Notes under the pieces: generated by a model | The model's database searches: none | What the model saw: only the letters and a program-made list of their open reading frames with translations | What the model was told of the DNA's origin: nothing | Shown: one piece after another, positions 46,142 through 52,243 of the stretch | Position numbering within the stretch: position 1 is the first letter of the stretch | How the letters are laid out: each line of letters begins with the position of its first letter | Position numbers and translations under genes: made by a program | Source of the DNA: Myxococcales bacterium | GTDB taxonomy: Bacteria; Myxococcota_A; Polyangia; Polyangiales; SLQV01 | Reading direction: 5' to 3' | Assembly (NCBI GenBank): GCA_007124745.1 | Contig: SLEO01000007.1 | Location: forward strand, 1 to 52,243 | DNA length: 52,243 nucleotides

Positions 46142-48253
46142 CTACTGACCTTCGGCGCGCAAATCGAAGCTCCAAAAGCGGTCTTTGGCACGGGCCTCGA
46201 CCCGGCGATGCTCGATGACTGAGCCGAGGCTCGGGTGGCGCACTTCGACTTCGACGACCGCATCGACTTCGAGGCCTGGCACCTCCGCTGGCGCAGCGCC
46301 GTAGGGCACGCCGTTGACAAAAACAGAGGCGCCCGCGGGGGATGAGAGGATAGTCGCGGAAACACTGAGCGGCTTGAGGACCACGCGCAGCGGGGAGAGC
46401 TGTCCGGGTTCCACAAAGATACGTTCAGGTACGTAGCCGTCCTTGACAAGCGTCACCTCGGCGAGGCCACCCTCTCCCCGGCCGACTTCGATATTGGCCG
46501 GGGTTTGGTCACCATGCGCTACCCCGTTGACCTGGATATGTGCACCCGTTGGCTCGGACTCGATGCGAACCGTCGCCGAAGAAAGCCGCACCCACATTAC
46601 AACGGCCGCCACGAGGAGCACGAGTACAGCACCAGCAGTGAGCGCAAGCAGTCCCGCGCGCGTGCTTGCTTGGGGACGTTCGGTCCGCAGCGCTGCGGGA
46701 GCTTGGGCGCGCACGTCATGCCGCGGAGCTGAAGGCGCTTGGGCAGGTTCCGGGGATGGGCTTGGTGCACCACCTTCACTGATAGGAACGCGGACACGCG
46801 AAGGATTCGTAGGGAATGAGACGTCGCCGGCTGACTGGGAGGGGCCGCGGTCGCCAAAGCCGAGACCTACGTCACTTGAGTCGTCCGTGCTGTCGAGATC
46901 CTCGAGACCGCGAATCAGCGGCTTGACCACCGTGCTCTGAGATTTGCGGCGAACCCGCAGTTGTCTCAGCGCTTCCGCGAAGCGGTCAGGTTCCGCCGCA
47001 GGCTCGGCGGCCGCGGGCGCTTTGACGTCGGCCACCGGAATAAGCGAGAGCACGTTCGCTTTGGCGGGAGCGTTCGCCTGTGCCGCGATGTCCTCGTCCA
47101 TGAGCAGTGACGTGGCCGAGCGGCTGAGGCTCCCAGCACTCGCCAACATCGCCTCCCGAACGGCCTGCCGTATGTCGATATCCGGCTCGGAGCGCGGCGA
47201 GTCCTGCGGCGGCGAAACGCTACTGCGTTTCCGAGACAACCCCGGAGGCCGTTCGGAGCGCAGTAAGGTTTTCCAACGCGGCTTGCTCTGACTGGCCGAC
47301 GCGGTGATGGGCGGGTCACCCTTGAGGAGCTTGCGGATGTAGTTGGCGAGCTCCGCTGGCGCAAACCCGGGAGAGCGCGCGTGCAAACACGTAAGGATGG
47401 CTTGCTCGAAGGCCTTGGCCGAGGCGTAGCGTTTGTTTGGGTCCCGCCGCAAGGCGCCCATCACTAGGGCATCAAGGGCCGGGTCAAGGTCCGAACGGCG
47501 GACCGAGGGTGGGGGGATGTCTGCGGCCCGGACGGCGGTCAGCAGCAGCGGGAAGTTGGGCTCGTTGTAGAGCAAACCGCCGGTCAATAGCTCGTAGAGC
47601 ACCACGCCTGCGGAGAAGACATCGGTGCGGGCGTCCACGGGAACGCCCTTAGACTGCTCCGGCGACATGTAATGGTATTTGCCCTTAATGACGCCGTCTT
47701 CGGTCTCGAACGCGGTCATCGCCGCCTTCGCGATGCCGAAATCCACTAGCTTCACCTCGCCATCTCGGCTGACAACGATGTTTTGCGGCGAGATATCTCG
47801 GTGAACGATAGCGAGAGGCTTACCGTCTTGGTCGCGCTTTTCGTGGGCGTAAGTCAGGCCCGAGCAGACCTGGGCGACGATGAAAAGCGCAAGTTCGATA
47901 GGAAGCGGTTGCTTCGCTTTGCGCGCCTTGAGACCGAGTCGATAGAGGTCGGCCCCTTCGACGTACTCCATCACGATGCAGTAGGTGCCGTCGATACAGC
48001 ACAGGTCATACACCTGGGCGATGTTCACCTGCGTCAGGTGAACGAGCAGCTTGGCTTCAGCAACAAGCGAGTTAATGAACTCGGGATCTTCGGCGTAGCG
48101 AGGGTGGATCACCTTGATGGCGACGAGCTTCTCAAAGCCCCCCACCCCCAGGGTGTTCGCGACATATATCTCGGCCATCCCGCCGACGGCGAGTCGCTTG
48201 AGCAGCTGATACGGCCCAAACCGCGAAGGCAAGTTATGTCCTAGTCCGCCCAC
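46142..48253 (-). CDS. Membrane Ser/Thr kinase with two C-terminal PEGA domains
   Basis: AVGGMAEIY, VAIK, HRDISPQN, DFG, YMSPEQ; TM; IESEPTGAHIQVNG and LSSPAGASVFVNG. Confidence 0.94.
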   Translation of the reverse strand: MGGLGHNLPSRFGPYQLLKRLAVGGMAEIYVANTLGVGGFEKLVAIKVIHPRYAEDPEFINSLVAEAKLLVHLTQVNIAQVYDLCCIDGTYCIVMEYVEGADLYRLGLKARKAKQPLPIELALFIVAQVCSGLTYAHEKRDQDGKPLAIVHRDISPQNIVVSRDGEVKLVDFGIAKAAMTAFETEDGVIKGKYHYMSPEQSKGVPVDARTDVFSAGVVLYELLTGGLLYNEPNFPLLLTAVRAADIPPPSVRRSDLDPALDALVMGALRRDPNKRYASAKAFEQAILTCLHARSPGFAPAELANYIRKLLKGDPPITASASQSKPRWKTLLRSERPPGLSRKRSSVSPPQDSPRSEPDIDIRQAVREAMLASAGSLSRSATSLLMDEDIAAQANAPAKANVLSLIPVADVKAPAAAEPAAEPDRFAEALRQLRVRRKSQSTVVKPLIRGLEDLDSTDDSSDVGLGFGDRGPSQSAGDVSFPTNPSRVRVPISEGGAPSPSPEPAQAPSAPRHDVRAQAPAALRTERPQASTRAGLLALTAGAVLVLLVAAVVMWVRLSSATVRIESEPTGAHIQVNGVAHGDQTPANIEVGRGEGGLAEVTLVKDGYVPERIFVEPGQLSPLRVVLKPLSVSATILSSPAGASVFVNGVPYGAAPAEVPGLEVDAVVEVEVRHPSLGSVIEHRRVEARAKDRFWSFDLRAEGQ

Positions 48254-48711
48254 GCCACCGCTCTTTTCGCCACTCTTCGCACGAAACGCATGCCTTCCAA
48301 GAGAAGCGTCTCTCGCTCCTCACCGATGGTCGCAGAAATACAGCCTTTTGTCGCGACTTGACTCACGCTCCGGCCGTCTAGGTAGGCGCCGGTCGCACAT
48401 GCGCGCCGGCATGGGCGTTCGGGTAAGCGCGGCGCTGAGCCGGATTCGCCAGCACACTCCGTCCCACTGCGAGTGCCTTTTCTAGTGGTGCAGCCAGCGG
48501 AGCACCCACGGCCGCGACCGACGGAAACTCGATACGCGGTCGCTTGATAGACGGAACACGGTGTAAATGGAACGCAGTCACTTCCGTGATGCGGTGTACC
48601 GAGGTAGGCACGCGCGCATGCTCGGCGTGTGCCAACCGTTGCCGAAGGGCAAAGTACGCCCTTAGGTTCCGAATGCCCTCTCAGTGTCGGAGCTTCGGGG
48701 TCGACGAACGC

Positions 48712-48846
48712 CTAGCGGCGGCGGCCGAGGCGGCGGCTCTGCATGCCATTCACGCGGCGACGCTCTTTCGCCTTCAGCTTGGCGGTGTGGCGAGCGCACT
48801 TGGTGCGCGAAGGGCGACGAGACTTTTTACTAATCGGAAGATACAT
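48712..48846 (-). CDS. 44-aa highly basic small protein (below the ORF-track cutoff)
   Basis: MYLPISKKSRRPSRTKCARHTAKLKAKERRRVNGMQSRRLGRRR; GAGG RBS 7 nt upstream; ATG 43 nt downstream of tRNA-Phe on the same strand. Confidence 0.7.
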   Translation of the reverse strand: MYLPISKKSRRPSRTKCARHTAKLKAKERRRVNGMQSRRLGRRR

Positions 48847-48889
48847 GGGGAAACCTCAAGCGCTGGGGTCAGCGTGTCCGAACCCGGGG

Positions 48890-48962
48890 TGCCCAGAGAC
48901 GGATTCGAACCGCCGACACGAGGATTTTCAATCCTCTGCTCTACCAACTGAGCTATCTGGGC
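48890..48962 (-). tRNA. tRNA-Phe(GAA), CCA not encoded
   Basis: GCCCAGATAGCTCAGTTGGTAGAGCAGAGGATTGAAAATCCTCGTGTCGGCGGTTCGAATCCGTCTCTGGGCA forms a canonical cloverleaf. Confidence 0.98.
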
Positions 48963-48973
48963 CGCGGCGCGCT

Positions 48974-49001
48974 AGGATGCCCGACGCTCCCTTTTTGTCA
49001 A
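48974..49001 (-). promoter_or_regulatory. Sigma70-type promoter for tRNA-Phe
   Basis: TTGACA-N16-CATCCT followed by a GC-rich discriminator just 5' of the tRNA. Confidence 0.6.
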
Positions 49002-49021
49002 GGACAGCAACTCGGACGCCC

Positions 49022-50362
49022 GTGAAAGCCTCTTCCGACGCACCTCAGCAGGCCCTTGATGCACACGAATGTGGTGCTGTCTCGGCGCGGCGTACTCGCC
49101 GCTACGGCGCGACCGCCGCGCCGATTTGGGCACGCGCGCACGGCACACAGCTTCGCGACGCAACGGGCCGCACCTACCTCGACCTGACGAGTTCTTTTGG
49201 AGCAGCCCCCCTGGGCCAGACCAACCTGCGGTGGCTCGCAGCACTCGTGAAGCAAGGGCTCACCCTCACCCATGGCCTTGGTGACCTTCACCCCAACGCT
49301 GCCAAGGCCCGCTTGCTCGCCGCACTTGGAGCGCTTGCCCCCTGGCCGAACGCTCGGGTCATGCTGGGCCTTAACGGCGCAGATGCGATCGACGCGGCGC
49401 TGAAAACCGCGCTGCTCGCCACAGGCAGGCCGCATGTGGTGGCTTTTCGCGGCGGCTATCACGGACTGATGCTGGGACCGCTTGCCGTGTGCGGCCTGAG
49501 CGATGCATTCAGGCAGCCCTTTGCTGCAGCGCTACGCCTGAAGGTCTCCTGGCTCGATTTTCCGACCACAGCGCAGGACGCCGAGGCCACGTTGGAAGCG
49601 TTCGCTTCCCTTCTACGGCGGCCAAAACCTCCAGGCCTTGTGCTGTTTGAGCCGATACTCGGCCGCGGGGGGGTCACGCGCCCCGCCGATGGTTTCTTGG
49701 CGCAGCTAACCCACCTTGCCCGCAAGCACGGCTGCCTCAGCGCCGCCGACGAGATCTTGACGGGGCTCGGGCGGACCGGCGTGTGCTGGGAGAGCACCGC
49801 GCAGGGCGCCCTCCCCGACATGCTGTGTGCGGGCAAGGCACTGGGGGCGGGGCTACCTATCAGCGCGCTGCTGCTCAACCCGAAAAGCGCCGAGGCCTGG
49901 TCGGAGCGTGGGGCGGCCCTCGGCGCCCTGCACACCGCGACCTACTTCGGCTCACCTCTCTTATGCGCGGCGGCCCTCGCCTATCTGGAGGCGTTGCAGC
50001 GGCCGAGCTTTGTGCAGCAGGTGCGCGCCGCCGGCGAAGCAATGCTTTGCCACTTGCGCCGTGCGCTCAGCCCCCTTGGCGATACCGTTCGGGTGGTCGG
50101 GCGGGGTCTGCTCATCGGCATCATATTTGAGAACGGCCCGATCGCTTTGGCCGCACTGGGCAGGTTGCGAGAGCGCGGCATCTTGGCGCTGCTCGCTGGC
50201 GCATCCGGCGAGGTCCTCCAACTACTGCCGCCGCTCAATCTCAGCGCGGGTGCCTACGTACGCATGAGCCACGCCGTGGCGGACGCTATTCTCGGGGCGG
50301 AGGGAACGCTCGCGCAGCGGCTCGAATCGGCTAGGCCAGAGACCGATGATGCGGCTGCCTGA
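49022..50362 (+). CDS. Class III PLP-dependent aminotransferase (ArgD/GabT-like)
   Basis: YLDLTSSFGAAPLG, NGADAIDAALK, FRGGYHG, EPILGRGG, DEILTGLGRTG, PDMLCAGKALG, HTATYFGSP. Start GTG 49022 or ATG 48977; the track's start overlaps the tRNA. Confidence 0.92.
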   Translation: MKASSDAPQQALDAHECGAVSARRTRRYGATAAPIWARAHGTQLRDATGRTYLDLTSSFGAAPLGQTNLRWLAALVKQGLTLTHGLGDLHPNAAKARLLAALGALAPWPNARVMLGLNGADAIDAALKTALLATGRPHVVAFRGGYHGLMLGPLAVCGLSDAFRQPFAAALRLKVSWLDFPTTAQDAEATLEAFASLLRRPKPPGLVLFEPILGRGGVTRPADGFLAQLTHLARKHGCLSAADEILTGLGRTGVCWESTAQGALPDMLCAGKALGAGLPISALLLNPKSAEAWSERGAALGALHTATYFGSPLLCAAALAYLEALQRPSFVQQVRAAGEAMLCHLRRALSPLGDTVRVVGRGLLIGIIFENGPIALAALGRLRERGILALLAGASGEVLQLLPPLNLSAGAYVRMSHAVADAILGAEGTLAQRLESARPETDDAAA

Positions 50363-51455
50363 ACCCCTACGTTCGCAGGTACTCGGCGCGCTCCAAGTGA
50401 CGGAGTCCGATGCACTTCCTAACTTCCATGCCCTCTTGGCGGCGTTGAAGGCCTGGCAGGCTGAGCGGAGCCCTGCACTCGCGCGGCTCTTCGCCTTCGG
50501 CAGTGACCTGCCCGCACCTATCAGTCTTTTCCGCGACGGTAGCCTCGCAAACCCAGAAGCGGGGGTGCGGGCGAGTGAAGGAGGCCTGCGCTTCGAAAGC
50601 TCGGGCACCACGGCGGCGGAGCGAGCGGTGCACGCGCTCGCGGAAGCCACCTTCTATGACACCGCCGCCTTGGCCTGGGGCCGCGCTCATGTGCTCAGCG
50701 GCGCACTCCCCTCAACTTGGCTGCTGCTTGTTCCCAACCCGGTCGAGCAACCGACATCTTCGTTGGGTCACATGCTCGCGACCTTCCGCCGTGCGTCGGC
50801 GCCAGCGGCGGTGCACTGGCTCGGTGTCGAACAGCCCGCGGCGTCCGCGATGCAGCTCGCCAAACTTGCAGAGGCGCGCCAACCGGTGGCTGTCTTTGCA
50901 ACCGCGTTTGCGCTTGCGGATGCCCTCGATGCCCTCCCAGAGAGGGTCCTTCTCGCGCCTGGAAGCCGCGTCATGCAAACCGGCGGCTACAAGGGCCGCA
51001 GGCGCGCCCTGAGCTTTGACGAACTCGCCCAACGCGTAGAGGCACGTCTCGGACCCGCGCCCTTGTGGTCCGAGTACGGCATGACCGAACTCGCATCGCA
51101 GCTCTACGCCCCGGACCCCCGCGAGGGGACGACGTTGCCCTCCGGGCAAGGCATCAACGACGGGGCGCGCCCCCTCCCCGCTGTGCGCAGCACGGCGCCC
51201 CTTGAGCCCCGCTACTGCGCGCCGCCCTGGGTGCGCCTGAGCATCCGCAACGCACAGACCCTCGCAGTACTGCCGCCAGAGCAGGAGGGGCTGATTCAGA
51301 TAGACGACCTAGCGAACGTCTACGGCTGCGCTTCGATACTTACGGAAGATATCGGTATGCTGACGGCAGAGGGGACGCTGCTGCTACGCGGCCGGGCATC
51401 CCAAAGCCCCCTCCGCGGCTGCTCGCTCGCATCCGAGACGGACGGGGGCGTATGA
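50346..51455 (+). CDS. LuxE-like acyl-protein synthetase
   Basis: FESSGTT, MQTGGYKGR, SEYGMTELASQLY, PPWVR, DLAN, TEDIG, LRGR...RGCS (acyl-accepting Cys). Confidence 0.9.
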   Translation: MMRLPEPLRSQVLGALQVTESDALPNFHALLAALKAWQAERSPALARLFAFGSDLPAPISLFRDGSLANPEAGVRASEGGLRFESSGTTAAERAVHALAEATFYDTAALAWGRAHVLSGALPSTWLLLVPNPVEQPTSSLGHMLATFRRASAPAAVHWLGVEQPAASAMQLAKLAEARQPVAVFATAFALADALDALPERVLLAPGSRVMQTGGYKGRRRALSFDELAQRVEARLGPAPLWSEYGMTELASQLYAPDPREGTTLPSGQGINDGARPLPAVRSTAPLEPRYCAPPWVRLSIRNAQTLAVLPPEQEGLIQIDDLANVYGCASILTEDIGMLTAEGTLLLRGRASQSPLRGCSLASETDGGV

Positions 51456-52243
51456 GCGCCACAAACGACGGCGCCGCCCCAGGCATCGACGCTGGGCGGG
51501 GGCAGAAACCGAGCGAAGATGTCACCGAACCTGACCGCTATCCAGCTCCTACACCGAGCGAGGAGGCTGCATCGCCGAGCCATCGACGCGCGCCCGCGGC
51601 GCCCGGTGGATATCAAGACGCCGAAGCGATCATCGACCGCCTCGCGCTGAGCACTCCACCGCGCCTCCCCGCACGTCACCGAATACCCGTCGCGTTGTTT
51701 CTTGGGGAGACGGTTCCTCAGGCTTACGCACCGATAGTACTGGGCGCACTCTGCGTCGCCTCCCGGCTAACGATCAAGCTCCCAAGTTCCCGCGCATATT
51801 CGGACCAAGACACGGCGGGAACGCGCTTGCGAACCTTTGTCGGCGCCTGCGTTGACGCACTTCAGCGGACAACGCCCGACGCTCAACGCGTCCCTGTTGC
51901 GTGGCTAGAGAGGCGCCTCGATGCAGCGGAACTCGACGCCTTCTGCGCAGCGCATGCACTGGTCTACGCCCAAGGCGATGAAGCCCTGCTGCACGCACTA
52001 CGTCAGCGCCTGGGCGTGAGCCGCCTCATCGAGCGCGGCCCGGCTTACGGCGCAGCGGTCATCGACCTGCGCCACGCCCGTACCCCGACCGCCTACGCAG
52101 TGCTTGCGGCCCAGCTAGCCGCCGACTTCTTCGGTTCGGACGGGCTCGGCTGCATGCACCCGCGCACAGCGGTGTGCATCGGTGAACCCGTCGAGTGCGC
52201 ACGCTTTGTGGAGGCGCTGCGCGCCACGCAGCGCGACGCTCCC
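51452..52243 (+). CDS. LuxC-like acyl-CoA/acyl-protein reductase (3' end runs off the window)
   Basis: Not in the track; open from ATG 51452 (ATGA overlap with the luxE-like stop) to the window end: LFLGETVP, TIKLPSS, VYAQGDEALL, IERGPAYG, LAADFFGSDGLGCMHPR (matches the LuxC-type D..GC..P catalytic Cys motif, divergent). Confidence 0.72.
   Translation, partial: MSATNDGAAPGIDAGRGQKPSEDVTEPDRYPAPTPSEEAASPSHRRAPAAPGGYQDAEAIIDRLALSTPPRLPARHRIPVALFLGETVPQAYAPIVLGALCVASRLTIKLPSSRAYSDQDTAGTRLRTFVGACVDALQRTTPDAQRVPVAWLERRLDAAELDAFCAAHALVYAQGDEALLHALRQRLGVSRLIERGPAYGAAVIDLRHARTPTAYAVLAAQLAADFFGSDGLGCMHPRTAVCIGEPVECARFVEALRATQRDAP

Noticed and set aside
48890-48962. Genomic island integrated at tRNA-Phe
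   Set aside because: No integrase and no real duplication of the tRNA 3' end; an 11-nt match near 34682 lies inside a CDS and is likely chance.
48743-48976. N-terminal extension of the aminotransferase in the ORF track
   Set aside because: It overlaps tRNA-Phe and the small basic ORF on the opposite strand; the real start is downstream.
50346-52243. Bioluminescence (lux) operon
   Set aside because: No luxA, luxB or luxD in the window and the order differs from luxCDABE; sequence beyond the edge is unseen.

Overview
GC-rich core-genome window that looks myxobacterial (Myxococcota, probably Polyangiales-like; inferred from gene content: three Hanks-type Ser/Thr kinases, a Roadblock protein, a PEGA-domain kinase, a TonB_C/AgmX-like kinase tail, many lipoproteins). 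Housekeeping genes: gatA (partial), gatC, fabH, tyrS, accA, fused aroK-aroB, rsmA, gshA-like ligase, rplC, rlmE, glnD, apbE, panB, panC and tRNA-Phe(GAA). Type IV pilus genes pilMNOPQ run on the same strand as aroKB, a lipoprotein, accA, a TsaP-like LysM protein and a GAF-GAF histidine kinase. No transposase, integrase, phage or CRISPR array was seen. Best leads: (1) a coupled class III aminotransferase-LuxE-LuxC cassette with no luciferase in view, a possible acid-to-aldehyde-to-amine pathway; (2) a candidate trans-envelope signalling operon (beta-barrel, FecR-like lipoprotein, two Ser/Thr kinases, Roadblock); (3) two small ORFs missed by the ORF track, one a 44-aa very basic protein behind tRNA-Phe; (4) a ~55-nt double-hairpin element present twice; (5) rplC outside the S10 operon, paired with rlmE; (6) many 12-16 bp tandem duplications. 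All family assignments come from reading motifs by eye; no database searches were run.
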